This document shows positions 28,608-42,900 of a stretch of 64,000 nt of DNA, in pieces. Location of the stretch: positions 63,240,001 through 63,304,000 of the forward strand of contig OZ024741.1 in assembly GCA_964016885.1 (NCBI GenBank), given 5' to 3'. This DNA is from Eledone cirrhosa (taxonomy: Eukaryota). The notes below the pieces were generated by a model. The model made no database searches, was not told the origin of the DNA, and was given only the letters and a program-made list of their open reading frames with translations. Every line of letters starts with the position of its first letter. Position 1 is the stretch's first letter. The position numbers and the translations under genes were made by a program.

Positions 28608-29300
28608 CCAGTGCATTACTGGTACTTTATTTTATCGACCTCGTAAGGATGAAAGGTAAAGTCAACCTCGGCGGGATTTGAACTCAGATCGTAAAGGGAC
28701 GTAACTATGCTGGAAAGCATGGCGTCCGATCCTCTACCGATACTGCCAATCCATAAATAATTGTTTCTACTTTAGGCACAAGGCCAGCAATTTACCAGTG
28801 CATTACTGGTACTTTATTTTATCGACCCCGTAAGGATGAAAGGCAAAGTCAACCTCGGCGGGATTTGAACTCAGATCGTAAATAAATAATGCTTTCTAAT
28901 TTAGGTACAAGGCAAGCAATTTAGGGGAAGGAGAATGTAGATTTAAATTGACACCAGTACTTGACAGGCACTTTATGTTTTCGACCCTGGGACGATGAAA
29001 GGCAAAGTTGACTACAGTGGGATTTGAACTCCGAATGTAAAATTACCATGACGCATTTATCTGATGCTCTAACTATTCTGCCAACCCAGTTCGTTCTTTT
29101 AGATAAATTATGATAATTGTTTCTACTTTTGGCACAAGGCCAGCTACCAACCAGTGCATTACTGGTACTTTATTTTATCGACCCCCGTAAGGATGAAAGG
29201 CAAAGTTAACCTCGGCGGGATTTGAACACAGAACGTAAAGGGCCATAACTCTATGCTACAAAGCATGGTGTCTGAGATTCTACCGATACTACCAAACCCA
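28608..29300 (-). mobile_element. Head-to-tail cluster of four SINE family 1 copies
   Basis: ttttatcgaccccgtaaggatgaaaggcaaagtcaacctcggcgggatttgaactc recurs at about 28630, 28815, 28975 and 29170, with short AAT-rich spacers. Confidence 0.9.
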
Positions 29301-30179
29301 TATCCATCAATAAATTATGATAATGACATTAAGATCCATAATGTGAATGCCATGCATAAGATACATAGTGCAATCTCTACCAGATATACAATGATATAAC
29401 CACAAGATACATATTGGCATAACTTATAATACACGTGTTAAACAAATAATTGCAAGACATAAAGCGAGTTATTCAACACTGTACATACTAGAGGCTCTAA
29501 GGAATAAGATAATTGAACAAACAAAAACACTATGCTAATCATAATTTAAAAGGATTTGAAGATGGCATAGTAGGAATTAAGAAAGTCTGATTGAACACCT
29601 AGCAACACATATTTATGGTTCATTATTCACTTAGTTGCATTAATGAAGTTACTTCAACATTTTCCATTTATTTCCAAGTGTATGATTTATGAATGTATAC
29701 ATTGGACATTACGAATACAAAGACGCGCGTGTGCAAGTAAACAATACGATGTCCTGGGGGAAATAATCTGAAATTTAGAACATGTTTACTACTTCAGTCA
29801 TATTTCAGCTTTATGTGACTTGCCCAGCAAATTATTTGTATACATGTTGAAAAATCTCAATAGAAAAAAAATGGACTAAATGCATATACAGACACTGTAT
29901 ATACATGAAAAAAAGTGATACTTTTATTGTTGTTTGTCGAGAACAAGCCTAAAGACAAACGTATTCTAACCATAACCATCTCGTCTTTCATTTAAATGTA
30001 GAATATCTAGAAATAGAGTATTTAATCTGACATGATTTTGAAGATAATATGTTAGGATTTAAAGTAGAATCTGCTGCTATGTTAACGGGCAAGGCACAGG
30101 CTCCCTCATCATACTCATGTGGGAATAAATATACAAATATCCCCTATTTTGTGTGTACACAATAAAAAGTATTACTTAC

Positions 30180-30283
30180 CTGAAATACAAGAAGACAAAG
30201 CAAGAGATCAGCAAACTTAGCAGAGATAAACTTAGTCCAACTATTTCCATTGTTCTTGTGCCGTAAGCGATCGATTTCAAAGC
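30180..30283 (-). CDS. Exon of PDF-receptor-like class B1 GPCR encoding TM1
   Basis: ttttttgtgtttctag|GCT...TTCAG|gtaagt, 104 nt, phase 0 to 2. ALKSIAYGTRTMEIVGLSLSLLSLLISCFVFLYF(R) resembles insect PDF receptor TM1 (TRTLEIVGLxLSLxxLxxSxxIFxxFR, recalled, not searched). Confidence 0.93.
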
Positions 30284-30674
30284 CTAGAAACACAAAAAAA
30301 ATTAGAATAGAGAACAAACGCACATACATACAAACATACAACATACATTTAAAAAATAATATATAGATAAATCAATATATACATACCTATATGTAGACAT
30401 ATATTCACACATACATACATGTAGGAAGGAAGAAAGGTATCTGGTTCTGTAGCAAACAACTCAACGCTGAAGTCAGTTAACAGCATTGCTTGACTATAAG
30501 AAGGTTGCTAACTCTCTCCTTCACTCATAGACGCCATTTGGAAAAGCGAACATTCTATCAACCGTTTTGAAGAAATTGATGGAAACTCTGAGTAGCACAG
30601 AATATATCAATTAGTTTTACTACATGTACTTTTGTGTCAGGAGGCATATATTATTATTATTATTATTATTACTA

Positions 30675-33600
30675 TTTTGTTTCTTTGTCTATCGACACGT
30701 GTTACAGATCACCCTCGTATGTTTGTAGTTATTCTATGACGTCCACTGTAGTTTTTTTAACAATTGATATCATCATGAGCTGATTAGGATTTCTGTACCT
30801 GTAGCCCTTAGGGAGTAAACCTGTGTTTACTTTCTAGCCACACACATCAATATTTTCCATGAATAAGATAGCGGTCAACCATTTTGCTTCCGCAAGTCAG
30901 ACGTGCGGCATGTCTACAAGAACGAACAGCAAAAGTTAAGAAAACAATGACAGCACAAGCAGCAGATGCAGCAGCAACAACAGGAACATCAAACGAAAAA
31001 CATCAACAGCTCTGCACAGGAAAATTACTACGTGAATCTCCCGCAATTAAAAGAAAATTCAACACCACCGTCACCATCTCAAGAGAAACAAAAACAAAAA
31101 GCACCACCAATGACGAGAACACAGCCACTATGATTACTACCATCAAAACTATCACTACCAAATGCAACAACAAAAAATAACAGAAACAAAAAAGAAACTG
31201 TAACGCAGACAACATGACAGCATATATGGCAACAACAACACAATGCATTTACAGCAACGGCTGAAAAAGTTACAGAATTTCTTAATATGAACATTTTAGA
31301 AAATGAAACATGTTTTTCCCAAGCGGCCAAATTCAAGAAATCATGGGCTGGTGTAGCAATCTGCGCTCCCGAAGTATTGGCAGAAACTAAAACACCTAAT
31401 TTATAAATGACTGTTCATCAATACGAGACAGCTGGAGCCAGCGAATCAGACGAACGTAGAAAGACCTAGCACATCGTGAGGGCCGGGCAGTGTGCGGGCA
31501 TTTCAGTGCTCATCAAGAGTGAAGCCCTGGCCAGTAAACACTCAGTGGTACTCTGTCGAAGCGACACATATATTCATTACTCATCTTATGTAGGGAGAAT
31601 GGTGGTAACGGTCAAGATTTCCAGAAAACAACCAGAAGTGAATATCTGGTGCATTTTGGCCTGCATCATCGTAGAAAAAATGTTGAGGGCAGAAATCCCG
31701 TTGTCATCTATATGGGAAACTGGTCACTCGAGAAATTTTGCCGGCAACAGAAGACATGGAACCACATAGCTCCTAGCGGCTAACACCAGGACCCGAAAGG
31801 TCATGACTACAACATCAACTGCGAACAACAACGGCACCCAATGTGGTAGCAACAACATCAACAACAGCACCAGCAATCCCACCACAAGTACCAACAGCAG
31901 AAGGTAAACCAACAGATGTCAAAAATACACAGCGAGTCCCCCAACAAAGCTCTCCCTCTTCCTTTCCCAATTCGTCTTCTCGAAAGACACACCCACAACA
32001 AATACGGATACATCGACAACACTAAATCCACCAACGCCCCAACCGTGAATACAACCACCGCAACCAATACCATAGCCACAACTACCCTCAAAAATGAAAC
32101 ACACACAACAACCAGCCACAGGGATACCAAACTTCGTGCTAAGGAAGAGAGACAGCAAAGAATTTATGGTTTTCGTAGACCGAACTAAGAAGGGGAGATC
32201 TTTGATACCCGGATGGTAAAGAGCTTCTCTTAACCATTTCGGGCAGTCATAGCAATATTAAGAGTAGCTTTCATAAATGTACGTGACCTGGAGTCAGCCT
32301 GAAATTCAGGTCACTTGCTCAACGACTTTAGGTCATTGGCAATAGATGTGACACCTGTCAGCGAGACCAGAAGTTCCAACGCGCACGTACTATCACCTCT
32401 TTTCTAACGACTTTCAGATTTACGCATCACTTAGTCAGCCTCGGACGCGGGATGACAGTGCTATTTAGGAAAGGCTTAGATCTCGACGTACGGATGATAT
32501 TCCTGGGCCCTGGCGGCAATTTGGTCGTCGTGGCTACGAACAATAACAAAGACAGTGCTTTTAGACTGGTGGACGTTAAGGCTCCGACTGGGGCAGGAGG
32601 GCCGGATTTCTTCGGGCATATGGATATATATCGTAGAACGCCTCGCTCTTAACTCTTAAAAGACGACTGCGCCCACCTATTAGACACACATTGGGACTTT
32701 GAGAGAATAGCCGGATGGAAGCGTTGGGTGCAAAGGTTTCAAGTACCTGCTCAGATAATTCCAAATATTTGACAAGCAGCGACTAGATTTTTCGAATGCG
32801 CCTTTGTGGACATGGTGCAATGACATAGGGACATTTAGATCGTATTTAGATAAGTTTCTCACTAGGTTAACAGATATGGATAGTGTAGGGCGTCCATATC
32901 AAGAAATGGTTGCCTATTCAGACGACAAATTTGTGATCTGCGTGATCGACCTATATTGATCACGTAGACAGGTTACCAATTACTGGAAGTTCAACGCGTT
33001 GTTCCCTGCGCGTAAAGCCTACAGAAACCGGTTTAGCAAATTATTTGAGCGATGGTAGAGCTGGGCAATCGTCAATAGCAGTTGGTGATGCACTCTCAAG
33101 AGGGCTATTAGAGTTGAATAAATAGCATTTACTGAAGAAGTAGCAATAGAAATAAAAAATAGAACAGTGTGCGAATTAATAGCCTAACTATAAGAATCCA
33201 ATAGGAGTGACACTGCAAGCGACGTGATAGCTGCGAGAATGGCACTAGACAATTTTTTCAATGTGAAACACGAATGTTTTATTATCAGAGTTAGGTAAAA
33301 GAAGGAACGAAAACTGCCTATGGACACGAGTGTGGAAGGCACAGTGTGACAATGCAGCCATAAATCGGTCTTTGAGATACCGAAGTGTGCATTTTGCAGC
33401 TTGGCTCGAAGCTGATGTATGCAGTTTTCTTGCAGTACTTTGCGCAATTGTTCGGGAAAAACAGGGCGTTTGGAGATGGTGGCGATCTTAAATTCTTACC
33501 TCCACGGCCTGCCATGCCTCTCGAAGGAAGATGTGGATGCTGCCAAAAGTCTATATCAGCAGCCGGTATACGGAAAGCCCCAAATGGCTGCACCAGGCGC

Positions 33601-33920
33601 AAATCGCCCTGTGTGATGAGGGATTAGCCAAAAATCAAAATGTTTGTCTTCAATCTATTCCATCGCATCCACCATACAAACTCTTTCGCTGTGACCAACA
33701 ACATTTTAAAACTACCTGCCCTTTCCGATTAAAGGAAGGGGACGGGCCGATATATATAAGATGGATTATATTGATAGCCGGATCTCTCCTACTTGTGACA
33801 GCAGATGTTCAACATAAACCCGCAAGTCAGCAATGGTCGGGCAATGTATAAGTGCATCTAGGACTGATTTATCAGCTTTGGTGCATCTCGAACATGTTCC
33901 GCAGAGGGCACTACCATGCC
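30675..33920 (+). mobile_element. Older degenerate Tx1-like copy with an inverted 3' fragment (about 33625-33920)
   Basis: 32250-33620 is collinear with the APE/linker of the 55-61 kb element (LFRKGLDLDVRMIFL vs LFRRGLDLAIRTIFL). A Thr-rich ORF1 relic lies upstream. 33625-33920 matches 55870-56160 in the same plus orientation, so it is inverted relative to the rest. Preceded by (TTA)n at about 30649-30674. Confidence 0.8.
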
Positions 33921-34148
33921 TGCAGAATATTTCTCTAATTGGCTATGCACCCCGGTAATACAGATAGGCTAAGGATTTCTAGAAACTATCCATTCGCTCT
34001 GGTCTAAGGGTTGCCCGGAAGAGATAGCGCTGCCCATATGTTTTTATACAATAAACATATGGGAACATCGCTCTCAAAGAAAGATATTTTTTCGTTACAA
34101 ATATGTATGCATTATATCTATAAATCTTTATAAAGACTCCTATGCATC

Positions 34149-34195
<47 letters not shown>

Positions 34196-34789
34196 GAGAG
34201 AGAGAGGAAGAAATTGTCGTTACATATATAATTGTTGAGGAAATCACGTCAATAAACAGGAAGCCGATACAAATGTGTACAGATGCGCCTCTGACTACAA
34301 TTCTCTGTATCCAGGCACACCTTATCCAACTTTCACAACTATTTTTTTATATCGCTCGACAATTATTATGATCATTTTCTTTAGGACGTTAAAAATCCAA
34401 ACACAAACGTGCGCGCACACGCACACTCATACACACAAGCATTAAACATACAGACACACACATATATATATTTATATATACACATTTATATATATACATA
34501 TATACATATATATTCCCATAAAATATATAAGCACTTCAACAGCATTCTAATAAATATTGCCTATACAGATAATAAAAGAGTGTATACATTTTTGGGGTAC
34601 ACCCTGTATATATATATTATTCAAAATATTAATAAATGAAGAACTTTCACATAATCAAATTATATGTTTTATTATATATATTTCGAGGTTAACTTTGCCT
34701 TTCATCCTTACGGGGTCGATAAAATAAAGTACTAGTAATGCATTGGGTAATTGCTGGCCTTGTGCTCCACCGGCATCTTTAGCTATTAA

Positions 34790-35585
34790 AACAACTTTAG
34801 CACATTTATTTTTTAATCCTTGGATAAATGTTTCAATATATCACATAAGTATTACTCTATCTTCAATAGACACACAGTTAAACTCTCTTATTCAACAACT
34901 ATGAATATTGCTCAAAATATTGCAAAAATTAATAGCAAAATTCTTAATTTGAACCTGCATATAATTAGCAATAATAATAATAATAATACATTAGTTAATG
35001 TGAATAACAATAACAATAGTTTAAATACGAATAATAGTAGAACACCTAGAACTAATGATGATAATACGAATAGTTTAGGTTATAGAAATAACACGGAATT
35101 GAACTGTAACTGTAGAAGGAAATCTGAATGCCCTTTACAAAATAATTGCCTTGACTATAATTTAGTATATTTAAGTACCATTAAGACAAATAATAATAAT
35201 ATTTATAACTTCATCGAACTTTAAGTTTCGCTTTTCCAATCACAACATTCTTTCTCTAATCCTGATTTTCTACTTCATTATCACAATAAATATGGTCTTT
35301 AAAAGAGAAAAATATTAAATACTCAATTTCTTGGAGCAAACTAAAGGATTCTGATTCCTATCGGAACGCTTCCATTTCACCAAATTGCAATCTTTGCAAT
35401 TTGGAAACTCTATTAATAATTACCAATTTAATTAAATTAGTAATTTAATTAATAAAAAAAAAAAGAATTATTTGGAACTTGTCAACATAAGTCAGGAAAA
35501 ACATTTCAAGCCTTATACAAATTTAGAAAATAATACTGACTATGAGAGGAAAAGAAATATTGACTATTATTAATAATTCTTGAAA
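34790..35585 (+). mobile_element. Degenerate Penelope-like GIY-YIG fragment, same subgroup as 48061-49450
   Basis: HKYYSIFNRHTVKLSYSTT, CNCRRKSECPLQNNC, and a later CNLC-like remnant. Interrupted at (TAA)n by Dong B. Confidence 0.8.
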
Positions 35586-35614
35586 TATTATTATTATTAT
35601 TATTATTATTATTA

Positions 35615-38600
35615 CAGTTGCATTTATCTTGCTTTATGTTCATACGAGTTATCACCAAGTCACAACCAGTGACCTCAAGAGACAACAAGGTCCGCCATGT
35701 TCAAGAAAGAACATACATACTCACACATGCATCTTTAGTGTTTAGACTTGTAATGTATTTATATTGACAGAATCTTCCTTAGTATATGGGCAGTTCCCAT
35801 TAGTACTATCTTTTGTATTTCTCCTATACGCGGGTTTCCTGGGATTTGCGATAAGTAATCATTAGACCCCTTAGGTATCATTCCCAGAGCGCCTACAACC
35901 ACTGGTATTGTTTTAGTTCTCAATTTCCACATTTTTCCAATTTCTATCTCCAGGTCCTTATAGTTGCTCAATTTTTCAAATGTTTTTATAGATACATTCT
36001 TGTCTATTGGAACGGACATATCAATTAGCAGGCATACCCTCTTTTTAAAGTCCTTCAATATTATATCAGGTCTATTTGCATCTATTTTTCGGTCTGTTTG
36101 GATGCTAAAGTTCCACAAGATTGAGATGTGATCTTTTTCAAGTATGGGAGGTGGTTGATGCTCCCACCAATTCTTTTGATCGGGCAGGTCAAAATGCTAA
36201 CACATTATCCAATGTATGTATTGTGCAGCTCTGTCATGCCTGTTTAGGTATTCGGTTGGAGCTATAGGACTGCACATTGAAATTATATGGTCAATGGTCT
36301 CTGGTTGTTTTTTGCATACATGGCATAATGGGCTGCATCCATTTTTTATTATGTTGGCTTGGTAATTTTTTGTTGGCAGACACTGATCTTGTGCTGATAT
36401 AATCAGTCCTTCAGTCTCCGATTTCAGTCCAGAGGATGCCAACCACTGATGGGTTAAAGTTTTGTCAACATCAGGATTATTAGCTCGCTCTGGGTATTTT
36501 CCATACAGAGGGTTTTCTTGCCATTTCTTAGCCAGTTTCTGTAGCAGTTCTTTCTTTGCAGTTACTTTTACCTGATTTGCTTTTTCTGTGTTTTCCATTT
36601 CAGCAGTAAATGGGACTTCTGAAATTTGTAGTCCATTACTGTATCTTTGTGCATCTTTTGTAATGGAATATGATCTTTTGATGCTTTTGTGTTTCAAAAC
36701 GAGTTTGATCATCCAATCATGTGATTCCCTTAGATATGTAGATAATCCAATTGTTGCAGTTTTCAACGCAATGTTTAACTGGATTAACCCACGTCCTCCT
36801 TCTTTCCTAGGGAGATATATTCTATCTGTATCTGCCTTAGGGTGATGCATTCTGTGCATGGTTAAGAATTTTCGAATTTTTGTATCGAGCCTACGGATCT
36901 CTGTGCTTGGCCAGTTGATGACATTGTAACTGTAGGTTACTACTGGTATGGCAAGCGTGTTTATGGCATCGATCCTATTCCTTGCATTCAATTCCGTTCT
37001 TAAGATTGCTCTTACTCTGCGGTAACATTCCTTCCTTATCCTATCCCTCATTGTCCAGTGCTTGATTCCGTCTCCTTCACAAACACCTAGATATTTGTAA
37101 GTTTTTTCTTGATCAAGTTCTCTTATCACGTTCCCCCGATCAAGATTAATGTCTGAACTCTTCAGCAGCTTTCCTCTGGTGAACGTTGCTTTGGCGCATT
37201 TATCTAGTCCAAACTCCATTTTAATGTCATCACTGAACTGCTCCACAGTGGATAATAGCCCTTGCAATTGTTCATCATTTTTTGCAAATAGTTTCAGGTC
37301 ATCCATGTAGAACAAGTGATTAATGGTTTTGTCATAGACTTTATATCCATGTTTTGTTTCATTGAGCATTTTACTTAATGGTATAAGTGCGATGCAGAAT
37401 AAAAGCGGTGATAAAGAGTCACCCTGAAAAATTCCACAATTAATATTAACTTCTCCAGCTTCCAGTGATTTTGTTTCACTATTCAAAAGGAGTGTCGTTT
37501 TCCATGTCTTCATACTGAATGACAAAAACCTCCTGACAACGGGGGATATTTTGAAAATCTCTAAACATTTTTCAATCCAACTGTGTGGCAAACTATCGAA
37601 TGCTTTTTTATAATCTATCCAAGCAATCGATAGATTTTTATGTCTATTATGACAATCTTCCAGTATCATTTTGTTAACCAGAAGCTGATCCTTACAGCCA
37701 TATGAGCCTCGTTTACACCCTTTCTGCTCAATGGGAAATAGGTCATTTGTTATCAGGTGGTCATATGTGTATTCAGTTAGGACTGATGTTAAAATTTTAT
37801 ACATTGTGGTCAAGCAAGTTATCGGTCTGTAATTTTTGGGATTGTTTGTCTCATCATTCTTCGGAAGCAGGAATGTAATGCCGTTAACTAGCCATGATGG
37901 TATCTTTTCTGGCTCCTTAACTATTTCATTGTAAAGTTGGGCTAACAGCTCATGAGACTCTGCGAAGGCATTTATCCAAAAGTTTTGTATTTTGTCTTTT
38001 CCTGGGGATTTCCATTTGCTGGTTTTTCTTAGAGCCAAGCGTAACTGTTCAACTGTTATATTTTCCCATATTTGTTCCTCAAGGTGAGCCGTATCTTTCA
38101 TTTGTCTGTCTATCCATGGGGCATGTATGTTATGAACTTTTTCTTCGGCCCAGATCTTTTCCCAGAATTCTTGCACTTCCTCCTTGGGTGGTATTGATTT
38201 AGCAGTTATTGTTGACTTACCAATTTTTCTGTAGAAGTTTCTTTGGTTGTTTTTGAACATATTATTGTCCCTATAGAATCTAGATCGTTTTTCAAAGCGC
38301 CTTATGCGAGCAGCCTTGGCCGACACTTTTTGCTTGATTATTTCTATCAGCATGTCTATGTCACTTGTTGATTTTATACTGTACTTTTTTTTCAATTTTC
38401 TAAGTTTAGTTTGTTTAACATGTTCACCTACTTTATAGTTTGTTAAAATTTCTATGTCAGATCGGAGAAGGTTTATTTGGCGATTGATGTTCTCTTGCCA
38501 AGTAGATTTCTTGTGGGAATTCCTTTCTTTTTTCATCTTCACTCCACATAAGTGAGTGGTGACTTTAGCCGATGCATAATAGATATGATTTATATCAGTA

Positions 38601-39888
38601 ATGTTTAGTTTGTTTGTGATGATAATGTTTTTGAGAATTATGGTAGTCTTGTGTATTATCTTTTGGTTCTGTTTGGAGTTCTGGATCTTAGGGAGGGTGT
38701 CTCGTTGCCCCATGTCAGATTCTTTCATTTTCATCCATTCGATCATAATTTCATCCTTCAAGTTGGCAAGTTCATTCTCATTCATTTCTTTATCATTTAC
38801 CATCTCATTATTTTCATTTGGAGTTTCATCTTGAGCATGCACTCCCTCAACTTTTTCGATCCTTTCTTTAATTTGTTCTGTTGCCAGTGATTCCGCCCCA
38901 ACCCTGGGATTCGAAGTGTTACAATTTACCTCGTTTTCACTGACACATGTTTCATTTTCCCTTCGCTGACCTTGTGCTAATAGCTTGATCTGATCAATTT
39001 CTATATCAGTTAGTAACTTTTTTCTTACAATATTTCTTCGTATATTGGCTAGTTTGTTACTGTCAATATAGCCTCTGTTTTCGGGATGTTTCTTTTTCCA
39101 GTTGATATATGTTTGCTCTGTATTCGATGTATTTGATGGGTAGTACATGGCAGTGTAGAAAGCCTCAAGGACTTCTTTATTATCTTCCCTTGACCATTTT
39201 TCTCTCTTTTTCTTTGGATTTCTTGGTGGTGAGCATGGAGGGCCAACAGTAGGAGTATTCCGGTTATGGGAGGTCTCCAGCTCCGAAGTGATGGGAAGGT
39301 TTGAACCATTAGCTGATTTTTCGACCCCAGTCTGGTTCCTCTCTGAGGGACGCGGCCCTTTTTTACCCGGGTGACGGCCGATCCGGTATGAGATTTTATC
39401 ATTAGACATTTACTTTATTTTGTATATATTGTGTTGACATATTCCCGTAAAATTGGAATTAAACATTTTGTTAAAACTTGAGACAATAATAATAGTAATT
39501 ATTATTATGATGCTGGGATTGGTGGTGGTGGTGGTGAAATTGCCGTTATCTGGCTGTTATATTTAGTGTGATGGGATAGGTGGTGTATCAAGTTTCTGGT
39601 GTTGGTGAAATTGCTGTTATTTGGCTGTTCTATATAGTGTAGACAGAGGGTGTTTGCTTCCATTTATAACCATTTTCTTTTTTGAATACAAAATATATAA
39701 TACAAAATTGAATATTTGCGCGATATAACAATATAATATGGATTCGAAATTTTATGGGACTTGATTCGGTGGTTTATGCAACATTTGTACTAAGAATTGT
39801 TATTTCACAATTGATTTAAATATGTTAAAAATCAAAAACTTACGGGAGCGATTTCATGACCTTCTACCACCTCGTGCGTCTTCTTCCC
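35615..39888 (-). mobile_element. R4/Dong-clade non-LTR retrotransposon, family B, full length
   Basis: Bounded by (TAA)n at 39889-39911 and about 35586-35614. About 480-nt 5' UTR and 145-nt 3' UTR. Confidence 0.92.
35759..39409 (-). pseudogene. Family B RT-RLE ORF (about 1216 codons) with one in-frame TAG at 36197-36199
   Basis: ORFs 36197..39409 and 35759..36118 are in the same frame. Read-through gives HWIMC*HFDLPDQKNWWEHQP...LWNFSIQTD..NRPDI. FYMDD, CCHC and RLE motifs are present. Confidence 0.9.
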
Positions 39889-39985
39889 TTATTATTATTA
39901 TTATTATTATTCCTTGAATCTCAGTCATTGATGTTGGTTAACTGGAAAGTCCGTTGGATTGAATATCAAGCCACTACCTGCAGCC

Positions 39986-42900
39986 TCAGATATTCAGGAC
40001 GTATCGGAGGGTTCTTGCCGTTCCAAGCAAGCATGCCTTTTGAAGCGTTGCAAAAAGCGTGAAGGGGCCCATTTTCTTTAACCATCCCTGGAAACCTTTG
40101 GAGATAGTCCCCAGTGCGCCTATGACAATCGGGATCACTTTGACTTCATGGCAGTTCCAAATCCTTTTCACCTCCCACTTTAGGTCCTGGTATCGGTTAA
40201 TTTTCTCCCTCTCCTTCTCTTGCACTCTCGTGTCGAACGGGCAGGCCACATCCACAATCAGGCACGATCTTTTTTCTTTGTCCACAACCACCAGGTCAGG
40301 TCTATTGTGTTCCAGTTTTTTGTCCGTCTGTATCCTAAAATCCCACAGCACCTTCACCTGACTGTTCTCCATCACCGCCTCTGGCCTATGCTCATACCAT
40401 TTCTCAGAATGTGGTAGATTGTTTACTTTGCACAGGTGCCAGTGGATCACCCTGCCCATCACATCGTGTCTCCAGCCCTTATAATGGGTCTGGGCTAGGT
40501 GTTTACACTCGGACACAATGTGAGCCACAGTCTCCTCTCTCTCTCCACAGATCCTGCACAGTGGGCTAGCCTCCTCCTTGTAGATATGGTGCTTCAACCA
40601 CTTCGTTTTGAGGGCCTGCTCCTGCGCAGCCATTAGCATTCCTTCTGTAGCCTTTTTGAGGTCTCCTCTTCTCAACCAGTTCCATGTCTGTGGATCTCTA
40701 AATTCAGTTTTCTCAAAGAAGGTACTATGAAGGGATTTTCCCTTAAGGCTGCTCTTCCTCCTTGATGTTATTTCCTCCTTGGGTATCCCCTGGCCCACTG
40801 TCCCCTCCTTCAGTACAGCTCTGAGCATTGGCTCCTTACTATAGGTCACGTATTTGTATAGGTTGTTTTTCTCCATCTGAACACAGTCCTCTATGCTGAT
40901 AAGACCTCTTCCACCCTCAGATCTCCTTAGGTAGAGTCTATCGACATCACTCCTCTTGTGGAACATGTTGTAGATAGTCAATAGCTTCCTAGTCTTCCTA
41001 TCCATTTCTTTTTGTTCAGCAACATTCCATCTCAGAATTCCCGCACTGTACCTAATAATAGACACAGCTCGGGAATTTACTGCGCTTATGGCATTTCTGC
41101 TGTTCAGATGTGACTTCAATACGCTCCTTACTCTCCGAATGTATTCAGTTCTTAACAATTCCTTCATTTTTTTGTTCTTTATGCCATCAGCCTCCAGAAC
41201 GCCCAAATACTTGTATCCTTCCTCAGAGTCAATTTCCTTTATCATCTCACCTGTTGGTATCTGGATCCCGTTACTTCTGCTCAACCTACCCCTCCTCATC
41301 ACAATGACTCCACATTTACCAATACCAAACTGCATACATATATCACTGCTGAAAATACGGACAGTGTCAACAAGCACATCCAACTCCTTCTCACTTTTCC
41401 CGAAGAGCTTAAGATCGTCCATGAAGAGGAGGTGATTGATGGTAAGCTCTCCCCTTCCCAACTTGTATCCTGCTCTCACTTTTCGCAGCATAATGGTCAA
41501 GGGCATCAGGGCAAGGACAAACAACAGAGGGGACAGGCTATCTCCCTGGAAGATACCTCTCTTGATCTTCACGCTTCCCAAGGATACTCCAGTTGATGTC
41601 AACTCTGTCTCCCAGGACCCCATACTCCTGCCCAGCAACTGTCTGATGTTATCTGCCACCCTGAAGATCTCCAGGCTTTTGGTGATCCAGGAATGAGGCA
41701 CCATGTCAAATGCCTTTCTGTAGTCTATCCATCCCATGGCAAGATCAGTGTGTCTCCTCCTGCAATTCCCCATTACCATCTTATCAATAAGCAACTGGTC
41801 CTTTGTACCACGTGACTTCTTTCGGCATCCTTTCTGTTCGTCCGGCAACAAGTTGTTTGTGTGGAGGTGATGGTAGATTTCCTCAGACACAATGCTCGTC
41901 AACAGTTTCCACATTACGGGCAGACATGTGATAGGTCTATAGTTGGTAACATCATTACCCTTGATTCGGTCTTTCATTATCAGAACTGTGGTACCTTTTG
42001 TCAACCACTCTGGCACCTCACCCGACACCAAGCAGTCATTGAACATGGCCGTCAGCTTCGGGTGGAGGGATGTTAAATGTTTAATCCAATACCCCTGCAC
42101 ACCATCTGGGCCTGGTGATTTCCAGTTGGTTAGTTTTTTGGCTTGCCCCTTAAGAGTTTCAACTGTGATACTCAAATCAGTCTGTTGCTGTGCCTGCTCA
42201 CCGATCTCCCTCTGTACTGTCTCAATCCACCCTGCCTGGGCATTGTGTCTAACATCCTGCTCCCATATTCCTCTCCAGAATGTTTTAGCTTGTTCCGCCC
42301 CAGGGATCAAGTCGTTGCCTCTTTCTTTCCCCTCAAGCTGTCCAAACAGCATCTTCTGGTTGTTGTCGAACATGCGGTTCTGTTTATACTGACTGACTCT
42401 GTTCTCGTATCGCCTGATTTTGGCACTCTTTGCTACAATGCGTTGCTTCAATTCCTCTATGATAATATTTAGCTTTTTACTCCTAGTTTTGTATTTTATT
42501 TCCAGTCTATTTTTAGTGCCTATGTTTTTTAGTGTCCCATTCAGTAGTGACTCAAGCTTTCCTATGTCATTTCTCATTTCCCCGATTTGCCCACTCAGTC
42601 GCTTCTTCCACCACGGCTCTGCTCTTTCTTGTCTGTTGTTTCCTCTCGCTTTTATACCAAGTAGTTTCCTCACCGTATTTGCTGTTGCTTTGAGGATATT
42701 GTTGCACTGGTGAAGACTCCTCGCCTCAAGGTATGGGATGACTTTGTTTACCTTAGCTGTTGTTTCTTTTAACTTTTTCCTGTCTACAAATCTTAGGTTC
42801 ATAGGTCTCCCACTATCATTGTTCAACTCATCTACCACTAAATTTAGGATGTCAACCGAATCTTGTCCTAGCCCGTCAGCATTCATCTCCTCAGTGGCCG

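Noticed and set aside
28608-29300. CRISPR-like appearance of repeated units
   Set aside because: Eukaryotic context. The units are SINE copies over 100 bp with Pol III boxes, and there are no unique regular spacers or cas genes.
39760-39888. HDV-like ribozyme at the 5' ends of the Dong elements, as known for R2 and some R4 elements
   Set aside because: I could not draw a convincing nested double pseudoknot by eye. A descriptor search is needed.
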